Positions 33,229 through 44,319 are shown, counted from the stretch's first letter. The stretch: 64,000 bases of DNA from an uncultured Planctomycetota bacterium (GCA_963719315.1 CAVRBU010000002.1:800001-864000), one strand, 5' to 3'. Numbers and translations: made by a program. The notes: generated from the sequence alone by a model not told the origin.

Positions 33229-34074
33229 TCAATCTGTGGACTGCGATTTCTGCGCCGCAGCCTTTAACTTATCGAGTGCGGTCCGAGCTACTTTCAGCGG
33301 GTCCTGCTGCCAATACGTCGGATTGAACAGCTCGATCGAAAGATACCCGCCGTAATCGATTTCGCGCAGCGTGCAAAAGACACCGGCCAACGGCGCGACG
33401 CCGTCGCCGGGATAGACGCGGTCGCTGTCTTTGATTGCCGAGCGAGGCGGCGTGGCGGGATAATCGTTCATGTGGAACACATGCACGGCCGAGTTGTTCA
33501 GCAGCTTGAGACCAGTGAACTCAGAGCCGCCTTTATAGAGGTGGTACACATCCGGCAGCACGCAGGCCGGGTGGCCGCTTTCAATGGCCACCATCGCCGC
33601 CTGGCCCAGCCGCGTGAGCGTTTTCGAGAAGCCCCACACTTCGACTTGCGGCACGACGCCGATATGGTCGCCGATTGTCAGGAGCGCTCCGTAGCGCTCG
33701 GCGATTTTCAAATAATCCGTCGTTTCGACGTCCGTCGCGCCGGCGGGCGGCGCCGCAATCCGTTTGCCGCCGATTTGCTGGACGAGATCCATCTCGTGTC
33801 GAGCTTGTTCCAGCCCCTTGGTGCGACGTGGTTCATCATCCACGATCCATTCGGCAAAGCCGATGGCGCTTTCCACGGTCAATCCTCGATCGGCGATTCG
33901 CTTTTTCAAATCGGGCAACGAGCCGCCCCGTTCGACGTAGGCCTGCATCTCGCTGATCCAGGGCTCGATCGCCTGGTAGCCGGCGTCGGCGGCGATATCG
34001 ATTTCTTCGACGAGCGACAGTTTCTGCCCGCGGATCGTGCTGGTGTTCAAGGAGTAGTGGAAATTGGCCACCAT
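33229..34074 (-). CDS. Sugar phosphate isomerase/epimerase (TIM barrel)
   Basis: LNTSTIRGQ, QVEVWG, PDVYHLYKG, HMNDYP, RVYPGDG and SIELFN. Confidence 0.88.
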   Translation of the reverse strand: MVANFHYSLNTSTIRGQKLSLVEEIDIAADAGYQAIEPWISEMQAYVERGGSLPDLKKRIADRGLTVESAIGFAEWIVDDEPRRTKGLEQARHEMDLVQQIGGKRIAAPPAGATDVETTDYLKIAERYGALLTIGDHIGVVPQVEVWGFSKTLTRLGQAAMVAIESGHPACVLPDVYHLYKGGSEFTGLKLLNNSAVHVFHMNDYPATPPRSAIKDSDRVYPGDGVAPLAGVFCTLREIDYGGYLSIELFNPTYWQQDPLKVARTALDKLKAAAQKSQSTD

Positions 34075-34145
34075 GCTCACTCCAACTGTGGCGTAGTCTA
34101 AATCAAGCAGCACGATGGCTGACCTGAAGCGGAACAACGACGAAC

Positions 34146-35003
34146 TCAACTCTGCGGATTAATCTCTTCGAAGCTGACTGTGCCGAGCGCGAAGTTCGGG
34201 ACCACGAACGGCGGCGCGTGATGGCTGCGCATCCAACCCACTGCAAGATCACGTTGGATCAAGTCGCTCATGCGAAAGCCGGCGATCGGCATATCGAGCG
34301 CGTCGAGGAGCACTTTGCGAACGTGGTTCTCGAACGGCTCACCCGCTAACCGTTCTACTACCAGGCCCGCCGCCGAAACGCCGGAATTGGAATACTTGGT
34401 GCGGGTTCCCGGCTTGTACACGAGCGTCGTGGAATTTAAGCTCGCAATCGTCGCGGCGAGCGAAGGGCTTGTGTCGTCGAAATAATGGCCGACGGGCGAC
34501 TCGCGCACGAGGCCGGCCTGATGCGACATCAGTCGCCGCAACGTGATTGGTACGCCGAATGGATTGTGTGGCGCGAAGTCGGGCAAGTACTTACGGATAT
34601 CGGCGTCCAGATCAAGCTTGCCCTCGGCGACGAGCTGCATCACGCACAGATCGGTGAATAACTTCGACACCGACCCGACGCGGTACACCGAGCTGGCTGT
34701 TGCGGGTTCTTTTCCATCGGCGCTGGCGGCGCCGAAGCCTTTGGCAAAGACGAGTTTGTCGCCGTCCACGATCGCGATCGACAGCGCTGGAATGCCCTTG
34801 TCCTTGAGTTCGTGCTTGACGAACTCATTAAGCCGGCGATCGATATCCCGGTAGCCATCCAGCACGATCGACGACTGCGTCGCGGCGTTCGAGGATTTTT
34901 CATCGTTAGCATTTGCGGCGAACACCTGGCTCGAACACGCAGCGACTTGCAATTGCACAGCGCACAGTAGTACAAGGAAATTGCCACGAACACGCACACT
35001 CAT
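34146..35003 (-). pseudogene. C-terminally truncated beta-lactamase-family serine hydrolase
   Basis: Signal peptide, GSVSK (SxxK), LMSHQAG and KYSN are present; ORF ends before the GG..S helix and the HxG motif. Confidence 0.65.
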
Positions 35004-35028
35004 GAAGCCTCCCAACGGCCTGCTTCGG

Positions 35029-37920
35029 TTACTTGCTGTCCGAGCTCGTTTCAAACTCGGGGAAGAGATCATTCTTGGGCCATGATTCGACGTTGTCGAG
35101 TGCCTTCGAGAAGTCGGTCAAAATCGCCTTGCCGAAATGCTTCGCGCTGGGACTCGAACGGCCGTTGAACAAAATGGCAAATGTGCGACCATCATGCCTC
35201 CGCATGATCAGCGTGGCCGTGCCTGGCAGTGAACCCATGTGCCAATTGTCGATTGCATCGCTGGCGGTCGAGGGCCCGTTCATCCAGCCGAGCGAGTAGT
35301 ACTGCCGCGGATCGTCGGCGGACAGGCCATATTTCTTGAGCCCCTCCGGCGGCGCGAACATCTGCTTGATCGATGCTTCTTTTAGAATCTTGCAAATTTT
35401 GGGATCGTCGAACGCGCTAGCGAATCGTACTAGATCAACGGCCGAAAAGATCCACGCGCCGTGCGAATCCATGGATTCGAGATTCCATCCGCCGTAGGCC
35501 GATGGGATCAGCTTGCCGCGGTCCTCGGCAAAAACACTCGGTTCCATATCGGGCGAATAGTAGCGGACCTCTTCGGCCGGCGTTTCGGGGCCGAGCTTCG
35601 TGTGGCCGATTCGGGCGGCGTGAATGCCAAGCGGCGCGAGCACGTGTTCCTTCACGTAGGTTTCGTAATCATGCTTCGTGATTTTCTCGATGATGCGGCC
35701 CAATAAGTTGTAGCCGAAATTCGAGTACGCGTACCGCTCGCCCGGGTTGAAATCGAGCGGAACGCCGAGCATGCAGCGAATCACGTCCTCCTTCTGAGCG
35801 GGCGGCGGGATCTTTAGCTCCCGGGCGAAGCGCACCGACTGGAACATACCGTCGAACGAAACGTCCCGATCCCAGCCGCCGCGGTGTTGCAGGCATTGCT
35901 GCACCGTGATGTCGTGCCAACGCTCATCAACTTTGCCGTCCTTCTCCAGGTGTGGCTCGTACTTCAAAATATCCAGCACGCAATCGTCGAGCTTGAGCTT
36001 GCCCTGCTCCACGAGTTGCACGATGGCTACGGCCGTGATCGGCTTCGAGATGCTGGCGATGCGAAACATGCTGGTCGGCTCGACCTGCTTTTTTGCGGCG
36101 ATATCGGCGTAACCATACCCGCGGGCGAGCACGAGCCGGCCGTGATCTGTGACGGCCACGCCCGCTCCCGGAGCTCGGTTTCGTTCGATGAACGAACGAA
36201 TCATTTCATCGAGTTTTTTGAAACTGCCCTCCAGTTTGCCGGTCGTGACGATGTACGGCGCCTGATCGCGCCGGTAGCCCGGCCCGCGGAGCACGCGGCC
36301 AGGACGGGCACCGGTAGATTTGCCGTCGTCGACGACCAGCACGCCGTTCACGAATACTTTTTTCATGCCGACCGAAGGTGCGTGCGGATCTTCAAACGTG
36401 GCGCGATCGCCGATTTCGTTCGGATCGAAAACAACAATGTCGGCCGCCGAACCGACGGCAATTCGGCCGCGGTCGTAGGCGAAAACGGCGTTGGCCGCGG
36501 CAGCACTGGCCTGGGCGACCGCCCGCTCCAGCGAAATCACGCCCAACTCGCGAACGTAACGGCGCAGGATGCGCGGGAATGCGCCATAAGCGCGCGGATG
36601 GGTCGCGATATTCGAACCGCCGGCCGGACCGACGTCGGTGCAAAAGCTGATGAAGTCCTGTTGAAGGGCGAGGATTTTGTTCGCTTCCGTCATGCTTTCC
36701 GGAAGTGCGAACGCCCGCGCCTTGATAAGTTCGAAGAACGCATCCCAGAGATCTTGGTCGAGTGCTTTTGCAATTTCGCCGACGCTTTTGCCACCCAGCT
36801 TTTCGTACTTCTCGCCTTCCGCCTGCCCGATGACGACTTTGCCCCAGTCGTTGCCTACGTGCCGATACCAATTCTCCCAGCCGGAGGTCGTCTCCATTTC
36901 TTTGTGAATTTCGGCCCGGTACTTCTCATCCTTGATGCGCTCGATGAACCGTGCGCGGCCGTTCGTAAAATGCCGCGGGTTAACGAACGATTCCATCGAC
37001 AAACCGTTATTGATGTAGGGATAAATATCGGCTGTGACTTGCTGGCCTTCGGCGCGGGCCGCTTTGATTCGAGCGATGGCGAGCGGCATCTTGCCCCAAT
37101 TCTGCTGGCCGGCCGCCTTCAGATGATAGATATGAACGGAGGTCTTCGCCTTACGGCCGATGAGGAGCGCTTCGTCGATCGCTTCCAGCAACAGGTCGCC
37201 TTCGTTCCGCATGTGCGAGTAGTAGCCGCCGCCGTATTCGCCCGCCACTTCCGCCAGTGACGCGATTTCATCCGTGGAAGCATACACGGCAGGCGGATAG
37301 ATCAAAGCGGTCGAGACGCCGATCGCGCCGGCTTCCATCGCCTCGCGCACCATGTCGCGCATTTGCTGCAGCTCCTTGTCGTTCGGGCGGCGGTCGGTGT
37401 CGCCCAACACAATTTGCCGAATTTGCGTGTGGCCGACGGTCTGCACGACGTTCATCGGCAGCCCCTGCAATTCGAGCAACTCGAAGTACTCGGCCATCGT
37501 CTTCCAACCCTGGCTCTGTGCAGCATCCGCGTCCAGCGGCGCGGCGGAGACGCCTTCGCCAGCGTTGATCGTGGTGATGCCTTGCGTCAGCAGATTCATC
37601 GCCGCTAGTGGATCGCGCAGCGTCGGCGTCGCGGTCTGGCCCATCATGTCGATGAAGCCCGGCGCGACGACGAGCCCGGCGGCATCGACTTTTCGTCGCG
37701 CGTCGCTGTCCTCGAGGCGGCCGATCGCGGCGATCTTGCCGTCCTTGATGCCCACGTCGGCGATGTATGATGAAGTGCCGGTGCCGTCCACGACGCGGCC
37801 GCCTTTGATCAAAACGTCATATTTATGCTCGGCGGCGACAGCAGAAAGCGTTGGGCCGTTCAAGATAGATGCAATAACGATAACACGGGCGATTAGAGAC
37901 AAACGGAGCGCGAACTTCAT
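35029..37920 (-). CDS. N-acyl-D-amino-acid deacylase-like amidohydrolase fused to a beta-lactamase-family serine hydrolase
   Basis: IKGGRVVDGTG, APGFID, SHMRNE, HLKA and HPRAYG; then ASISK, YSN and HMGS. Confidence 0.9.
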   Translation of the reverse strand: MKFALRLSLIARVIVIASILNGPTLSAVAAEHKYDVLIKGGRVVDGTGTSSYIADVGIKDGKIAAIGRLEDSDARRKVDAAGLVVAPGFIDMMGQTATPTLRDPLAAMNLLTQGITTINAGEGVSAAPLDADAAQSQGWKTMAEYFELLELQGLPMNVVQTVGHTQIRQIVLGDTDRRPNDKELQQMRDMVREAMEAGAIGVSTALIYPPAVYASTDEIASLAEVAGEYGGGYYSHMRNEGDLLLEAIDEALLIGRKAKTSVHIYHLKAAGQQNWGKMPLAIARIKAARAEGQQVTADIYPYINNGLSMESFVNPRHFTNGRARFIERIKDEKYRAEIHKEMETTSGWENWYRHVGNDWGKVVIGQAEGEKYEKLGGKSVGEIAKALDQDLWDAFFELIKARAFALPESMTEANKILALQQDFISFCTDVGPAGGSNIATHPRAYGAFPRILRRYVRELGVISLERAVAQASAAAANAVFAYDRGRIAVGSAADIVVFDPNEIGDRATFEDPHAPSVGMKKVFVNGVLVVDDGKSTGARPGRVLRGPGYRRDQAPYIVTTGKLEGSFKKLDEMIRSFIERNRAPGAGVAVTDHGRLVLARGYGYADIAAKKQVEPTSMFRIASISKPITAVAIVQLVEQGKLKLDDCVLDILKYEPHLEKDGKVDERWHDITVQQCLQHRGGWDRDVSFDGMFQSVRFARELKIPPPAQKEDVIRCMLGVPLDFNPGERYAYSNFGYNLLGRIIEKITKHDYETYVKEHVLAPLGIHAARIGHTKLGPETPAEEVRYYSPDMEPSVFAEDRGKLIPSAYGGWNLESMDSHGAWIFSAVDLVRFASAFDDPKICKILKEASIKQMFAPPEGLKKYGLSADDPRQYYSLGWMNGPSTASDAIDNWHMGSLPGTATLIMRRHDGRTFAILFNGRSSPSAKHFGKAILTDFSKALDNVESWPKNDLFPEFETSSDSK

Positions 37921-38013
37921 AGATGCACCTTTCTCACTGATGGTCGGCGCGAAGAACGGTGACTGCCGCATTTCGGACGGGACGGCGCGACTAGTGGTCT
38001 ATCCACATTCAAT

Positions 38014-38107
38014 TGATGGGTGGCATGCCTTCGCCGCAGCGGCGTAGGCATGATTTCGCCCCGAACCATGCTCACCCGCCGCGGCGGCGAAGGCATGCCA
38101 CCCATCA
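38014..38107. repeat. REPIN-like element with perfect 24-bp terminal inverted repeats
   Basis: TGATGGGTGGCATGCCTTCGCCGC...GCGGCGAAGGCATGCCACCCATCA; each arm is itself palindromic. Confidence 0.88.
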
Positions 38108-38109
38108 TT

Positions 38110-40266
38110 TCAATTACGACAGAGCACAAGACCAATGTAAATCAAGCCGGCCACAATTGCGAGCAACAGACTGGCGGGCTCCGGCACAGCCGTAGCCGCG
38201 GCCGACGAGCCCAAGCTCAGAGCGTTGCCGAAATTACTGCGCCACACAGCGTAATCGGCCGACGTGACGCTGCCGGGCGTCGTATCGTTGGGCAGCGTCG
38301 CGCTCGGGCTGGCATTGCGCCAGACGACGTAATCGGCCGCGTCGACGACGCCGTCGTTATTGTAGTCGCCGGCCAGCGTGGTTGCCGCGAGATAATGCTC
38401 GAGAATCTCCGAGGCCAAAAGAACGCGGTCGTAGAGGGCCACCTCGTCGATGAGGCCGCCTAAGTGGTTGGCCGCCGACGAATCGAACTGCAGTCCCATC
38501 CACAGGTCCGACGTCGAAGAGAAAATCTGATTCGGAACGCCTGTGGTCAATTGTTGCAGAAGCGCACCATTGAGATACAACTTCATCGCCACGCCGGGTT
38601 GAAAAGTTCCCACGACATGCAGCCATTGGTTGAGCGGCAGCGGGTTCGGATCAGCCAGATTCGTGGCGGTGGTGAACGTGCCGTCGGGGGAGAGCACCAT
38701 CGCCAGGCCGCCGTTCGCGGAACCTTGCGCATTCACGTACAACAAGAATGAGCGCTGATTGCCGGCGCCAACATACTTGCCGAGGATGCCGCCGTTACCG
38801 CTGGGAATCGCATCGAGCTTGATCCAGGCTTCCATCGAAATGGCGCCGGTAAGATCGAGGTCGGCCGAGTCCGGAACCGTGACGTAACTATCCGTGCCGT
38901 TCAGATGTGCCGCGCGATTGTCGGCGGCAAGACCTTCGTAGCCATTGGATGGCCGCAGACCAGGCTGCGCCAAATTGCCCGGTCCGGAGCCAGCGCCTAA
39001 ACCAACGTACGTCCCGCGGAGCGCGGTCTTGCCGGTTTCTTCGGAAGCGGTGAAGCCGCCGGTCTGACCAAGCCGCCAATAACCGACGGGAGAATCACCT
39101 AGGACATCTTGTGAGTAGATCGAGGACTTATCTCCGCCAATCGGATCGGGATTTGAGGCGAATGTCTCAACGGCCGCGGTTTGATAGAGTTTTTGGTCGG
39201 TGAAAATGTCGGTCCAATGCGCGCCCGTGCTATCCGGAAACTGCGTGGGCGACAATTGATTGAGCAGCCCGAAGGCGCCCACCTTGGAAAGAACCTCGTG
39301 CAGCGTGGGGTTGCCGGCCAAGAAGCTGTTGATGTTTCCGTTGAGCCATTGACCGAACGTCGTAACCGCCGTATCAATTTCCGCCGTGCGATACGTGGGC
39401 GATAGCGAGCGCATATACTTCAACCCATACAGCGCATCGAGGTCCATGTAGCCGCTGTTATTCCCGCCGAACCGCCCTCCTGCGACCTGCATACTGAGGA
39501 TGCGGTCGATCACTCTTTCCGGCGCCGGAAAGGCGTGACCCAATTGCTCGTAGATCGGCCAGATATGTGCTCCTCCTCCCAAACCGTTAATCTCGTTTGC
39601 CGGCTGCTCGCCGGTAATCCACCAGCCGGTGCTCGTATCGACATGGCTATCGAGCCAATTGAAGACCTCGTTCGTCCACTGGGGAGTCGCCGCACTGCTC
39701 TGGCTATACATGTGGAGACCACCCCAGAACAGATGCGACGCCCCCCATTGGTTTGTCCAATCGATGTTGTTGGCCAGGTAGGATGGCACTTCGGACGGCT
39801 CGTTGAACGGCGCATACAATGGCGTGGCAGGATAAAGCTGCTTCCCGCCCAGCGGCCCGAGCGCGCCAATCGTCATGCCATTGGCGTGCAACTGGCTGTG
39901 CCCGAACGTGTCGCTGTAGGTGCCGTCGGGCCGCGCATAAGTGTGGAGGTAGTCGACCCACTCGGTGCGCTGCTGCTGGGTGAGCGAGGTCTGAAAATCT
40001 TCGCCCATGATCGTGCGCGAGAGGGCCACGTCGAGCGAAGCGTAATAGCTTAACCCCGTCGATGTGGACTGCATTTTGTACTCGCCGTACGGCTGAGTCG
40101 TAAGCCGGCGAGATTCGAAGTGATTCAGGAAAAGGGGCCGGATCGTGGCCAGATCGACAATTTGCGCCTGCGCAATCGACGCGCCGGCGATGCACCGGCC
40201 GAGCGCGAGCAGCGCGGCCACGAACCCGCCCTGACGAGGGTGAGAAATCAATATACCTCTCCTCAC
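38110..40266 (-). CDS. PEP-CTERM protein: alpha-helical (prenyltransferase-like) domain + LamG + dockerin-like repeat
   Basis: PVGYWRL, SMEAWIK, WLHVVGTF, GLIDEVALYDR, GDYNNDGVVDAADY and VPEP. Confidence 0.85.
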   Translation of the reverse strand: MRRGILISHPRQGGFVAALLALGRCIAGASIAQAQIVDLATIRPLFLNHFESRRLTTQPYGEYKMQSTSTGLSYYASLDVALSRTIMGEDFQTSLTQQQRTEWVDYLHTYARPDGTYSDTFGHSQLHANGMTIGALGPLGGKQLYPATPLYAPFNEPSEVPSYLANNIDWTNQWGASHLFWGGLHMYSQSSAATPQWTNEVFNWLDSHVDTSTGWWITGEQPANEINGLGGGAHIWPIYEQLGHAFPAPERVIDRILSMQVAGGRFGGNNSGYMDLDALYGLKYMRSLSPTYRTAEIDTAVTTFGQWLNGNINSFLAGNPTLHEVLSKVGAFGLLNQLSPTQFPDSTGAHWTDIFTDQKLYQTAAVETFASNPDPIGGDKSSIYSQDVLGDSPVGYWRLGQTGGFTASEETGKTALRGTYVGLGAGSGPGNLAQPGLRPSNGYEGLAADNRAAHLNGTDSYVTVPDSADLDLTGAISMEAWIKLDAIPSGNGGILGKYVGAGNQRSFLLYVNAQGSANGGLAMVLSPDGTFTTATNLADPNPLPLNQWLHVVGTFQPGVAMKLYLNGALLQQLTTGVPNQIFSSTSDLWMGLQFDSSAANHLGGLIDEVALYDRVLLASEILEHYLAATTLAGDYNNDGVVDAADYVVWRNASPSATLPNDTTPGSVTSADYAVWRSNFGNALSLGSSAAATAVPEPASLLLAIVAGLIYIGLVLCRN

Positions 40267-40308
40267 AAGTTTCGCCGGCCTGCCCCGGAACCAGAAACCA
40301 ATTCCTGT

Positions 40309-42238
40309 TCACCGACGAATCCTGCGTCGCATTCCGATTAACATGGGGCAGGCGGCCAAGATGAGCACAAGCGAGACGGGCTCCGGCACAGCCGCGCCCA
40401 ACACAGCGCCCGAGCCTGCACCGCTCGACGCTCCAAAGTTCGATCGCCAGGCGTTGTAATCGCTTTGCGTGTACGTAGTGCCGAGCCCCTTGCGCCACGT
40501 CACATAATCGGCGGCATCGACTTTGCCGTCGATATTGAAGTCGCCGCTGAGGCCGGCGGTTAGCACCAGGCTGTTGCCCACGACGCTCATGCTCATCGCG
40601 CTGGCCAGTGGTCCCGAGAGCGAGATTCCACTGTTGATCAGGTTTCCGGCCGTTAAGATCGTGAACGAGTCGCCACTCGTCAGCGTGAATCCGTTGACGA
40701 GCACGGGGCTGACAAATCCGGCGAGCGTTGCGGTGCCACCAACATTGAATGCGCTAAATTCGTTCGTATTCTTGCCCCCGAGTTCAACAGCCAACGTGCC
40801 TGTGTTCGTGAGATTGCCGCCCAACGAAGTTGCCCCGGCGGTACCGAGTACGGCCCCCGATCCATTGACGATCTGCCCTCCCGTTCCGGGGATTACGCTA
40901 TGGTTGATGTTGACGGCGCCCGTTTGGAGATTGAGTGTCTTTCCGCCCAAGTTGAGTACGTTGTTGAACGAGAGACTGTTACCGGCGCCGGCCGCAACAT
41001 CTATATCCGTGTTGCTGCCGAGTGTAACGGGAGTTTGAAATTCCTGGGCACCGCGGACGACTTGGATCGAGGCGTTGCCGGAATTGGAAGAAAGCGTGAT
41101 CGTTCCGACGCCGGCAATCGCATACTTATTGTTGTTATCGAAGCGAATCGATTTTGCGGTAATCGCGGACTCGGTGTAAACGACCTTCGCGGCCGTGATA
41201 GCGGTGCCGAAATTGATCGAGACGGTGTTCCCGGTCGGGACCGCGCTAGGCGACCAATTAGCCGCGTTGTGCCAACTTCCCGATCCGTTGGGCACCCAAT
41301 CGTAAGACGCGGGCGTATCATTGGTGGCGGCGGCAAAATGCGCGGCGATGTCGGTCGCGGTTAGTGGTTTGTCGTAGACGGCGACTTCGTCGATGCTGCC
41401 TTCGAAGGTTGTGCTCGGATCATCGCTGAACTGTTGGCCGATCCAGAACGGGATCGAACTGTCCCAGAGGAAGTCGGGTACATTCGTTGTGCCCGTCGCT
41501 TCGGCCACTAACTGGCCATTGACGTACAGCGCCGTCCGGCCAGATGTTGGCATTCCGGAAACGCTTGGCTCATACGTGGCGGCGAGGTGGACCCACTGGT
41601 CCAAGGGAATATCGGTAGGCGATTTTAGATCGAAATTGGCGTTAAACCCACCCGTTAACGGATTCCCCAAAACAAAGCCGACTCGACCGCCCGTTCTGGG
41701 ATCGTAGTAGAGGTCGTAGGAACGGTTGTTACCGAAAGTTGAACCTGCGTACTTGCCGACGATACCTTCGTTGTTGCCCGCGTTTGTTTGTGGATCGCGT
41801 CGGACCCAGGCCTCAAGTGTCAGGCCCGTGCTGGGCGAGAGACCGGTGATGTCCAACGCATTGCCTTCGACCTCATCGACCTGCGCGAGGGAATAAGTCC
41901 ATATTGGCCGCTGCGGCGGGCGCCAATCGAATCGCCAGGTTATTGGCTTCCAGACCATCGATCGTGAAGCCGCCGGCAATGTCGCCAAGTTTCGGGCCAG
42001 CCTGACCGATGTTGTTGGTCCCGATGCCGGTGCCGAGGTTGTGAAACGTGGCGTCGATCGAGGCGCCAGCAGTACCGATGTTTGTGGCCGTTGGGAGCGC
42101 GGTTTCATCGAGGCGCCAGTAGGCCACGGGAGTGTTGGCGAGTACGGCGTCGCTGTATTGACTGGCCTCGACGACCGACGCCGCTAGCGCGACGAACGAG
42201 AAAAGCCATCCTGCGACGAATCTTCGTGAGATCATCAT
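40309..42238 (-). CDS. LamG + beta-helix/autotransporter-like repeat + dockerin-like PEP-CTERM protein, frameshift near 41884
   Basis: ORF 41873-42271 (signal peptide, PVAYWRLDET) joins ORF 40309-42108 (TLEAWV, GSIDEVAVY, GDFNIDG, VPEP). Confidence 0.85.
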
Positions 42239-42310
42239 TTGCTCCGTGTGCGGCACAGCCGCAATAGCCAAGTGAATAGCCCCGAATGTAAGAAGATCCT
42301 CAACCCGTTG

Positions 42311-43321
42311 TTACCTGCCTGATGGACGCCGCCAAAACAGGCTACCGGCGATGCCTAACAGCACCAGCATTCCACACGCTGGTTCTGGGACCTGCGCGGC
42401 GTTGTAATGAGCGGCGATCTGTTCGTCACTTAGCGCCGCTGAATAAATTGCAACCTCGTCGATATTCCCTTCAAACGACCAAATGTCTTGACCGGTAAAC
42501 TGTTGACCGATCCAGAGGTTCGCCATTCCCGAAAACAAGGGGGAATTCAAGACGCCTGTGGTGATGGTCGCGATCGAGGTCCCGTTGATGTAAGCTTCGA
42601 TGCGCTGGCCAGGATCGTAGACGACGGCAACGTGGGTCCATTCGCCCACCGGTATATTTGCCGCAAACTCGTAGGAATTCGCGGATTGGAAACTGCCACT
42701 CGAGCTCAACGCGAATCCGATGCCCGGGGATCCATCTGGTGTTCCTAGTGTCCCGTCCGTTCCAGAATCAAAATAGAGCACGTACGCGCGGCCTGGCTGA
42801 GTGCCGGCTGTCCCCGGATCAGCGTCTGACAGGTATCGGCCTACAATTCCCTCGTTGTTGCTGGCGCCAACCAACTGGGGAGCTCGTTTAACCCAAGCTT
42901 CGAGCGTCAGTGCGCCCGTGATTGCCAAGGGACTTGAACTATCGACAACGGGAACCTCGACGCGCGGAAAAGTGTTACTCGTGGCCGTTGAGCCATCTTC
43001 GGGATCGAACAACACCGAATTGTTATTCGCTTCAAAGCTCAGGAAAGCCCCAGGCCGAGGCCCGGCTTGTCCATAATTGCTGGTATTATTAACAGTCATT
43101 CCAGGGATATTCACATAGTTGCCATCGATGCCTGACGCCGCTCCGATGTTAGCGGCCGTGGCGCCCGACGTTTCATCTAACCGATAGTAAGCCACAGGAT
43201 TGTTGGTCAGCACAGCGCTGCTGTATGTCCCGGCAAAACACCTGCTGGCACTAGCAATTGCGAAGTCAAACGCCAACAAGATTACTACGATCCGGGTCCA
43301 ATTGCGACGATCGCGTTTCAT
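42311..43321 (-). CDS. LamG-domain PEP-CTERM protein
   Basis: PVAYYRLDET, TLEAWVK, WTHVAVVY, GNIDEVAIY and VPEP. Confidence 0.88.
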   Translation of the reverse strand: MKRDRRNWTRIVVILLAFDFAIASASRCFAGTYSSAVLTNNPVAYYRLDETSGATAANIGAASGIDGNYVNIPGMTVNNTSNYGQAGPRPGAFLSFEANNNSVLFDPEDGSTATSNTFPRVEVPVVDSSSPLAITGALTLEAWVKRAPQLVGASNNEGIVGRYLSDADPGTAGTQPGRAYVLYFDSGTDGTLGTPDGSPGIGFALSSSGSFQSANSYEFAANIPVGEWTHVAVVYDPGQRIEAYINGTSIATITTGVLNSPLFSGMANLWIGQQFTGQDIWSFEGNIDEVAIYSAALSDEQIAAHYNAAQVPEPACGMLVLLGIAGSLFWRRPSGR

Positions 43322-43770
43322 TAGCTAGCCCTCCACCCATGATGTGTAAACAAGACGCCTGGAAAACTTGTCGCTCTCAATCCACGGCGCTCGCGCCGCT
43401 TGTGCGAGCGCAAACCCGGCGCAGGGCAAGCGCGTCGCTCGCCTAGCACGGAGCCATATTGTTACGGCGCAACCGCGCCGCTTGTGGACAGTAAATGGGC
43501 GGGAATCAGAAAAATCCCAACGCTGGCCAGAAAATTTGACGGACTTGAATCCGACCGCCATGATTCATTTTTTCGCAATAACTAGCGCGAAAACTGTCCA
43601 TAATTCGCACCTCGCGCCGTAAAGCTGTGCGAGCTTCGCTCAACGATTAGATTGAGCTTCGCACAAAGAGAATTTCCTGCTTGCCGAGCGGGACGTTGGA
43701 TGATTTGCGGACCACGGATTCACGCCAAGTTTCCTTCCGGCAGAAGGGACTTACCAACGCATTTTGGGCG

Positions 43771-44319
43771 ATGCCGCTTAGTTTGGGGCAGCCGATGCCG
43801 GACGCGGTTAAAGAACAATTTGTTCGTTTGATGGCCATGCACGGGCGGCGGCTCTATGCCTATGTGCTGAGTCTCGTGCCAAATTGGGCCGATGCCGACG
43901 AAGTTTTCCAGGAGACGAGCGTGCGCCTGTGGCGCGATTTTTCCGACTTCGAGCCGAACAGCAATTTCCCGGCCTGGGCCACGCGCGTCGCGTATTTTCA
44001 GGTGCTCACGTGGCGGAAGCGGGCGGCCAGAAGTCAGCTCGTGTTCGACGACGACGTATTGCAGTTGATCGCTGTTCGCCACGAGGTGCTCGTCCCTTTC
44101 GCCGAGACGCGGCACCACGCATTGGGAAAATGCTTGCAGGAGTTGAACGGCCATAGTCGCGATCTATTGTCGCGCTGCTATGCACCAGGCGCCCAAGTGA
44201 AAGATGTGGCGGAAACCCTGGGGCGAAAGTTGCCGGCAGTTTACAAATCGCTGCAACGAATTCGCGCCGCACTCCGCGAATGCATTGAACGGCGATTGAA
44301 GGCGGAGGGCGTGATGTGA
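43771..44319 (+). CDS. ECF sigma-70 factor
   Basis: DADEVFQET, FPAWATRVA and VYKSLQRIR. Start at 43771 or 43795. Confidence 0.93.
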   Translation: MPLSLGQPMPDAVKEQFVRLMAMHGRRLYAYVLSLVPNWADADEVFQETSVRLWRDFSDFEPNSNFPAWATRVAYFQVLTWRKRAARSQLVFDDDVLQLIAVRHEVLVPFAETRHHALGKCLQELNGHSRDLLSRCYAPGAQVKDVAETLGRKLPAVYKSLQRIRAALRECIERRLKAEGVM

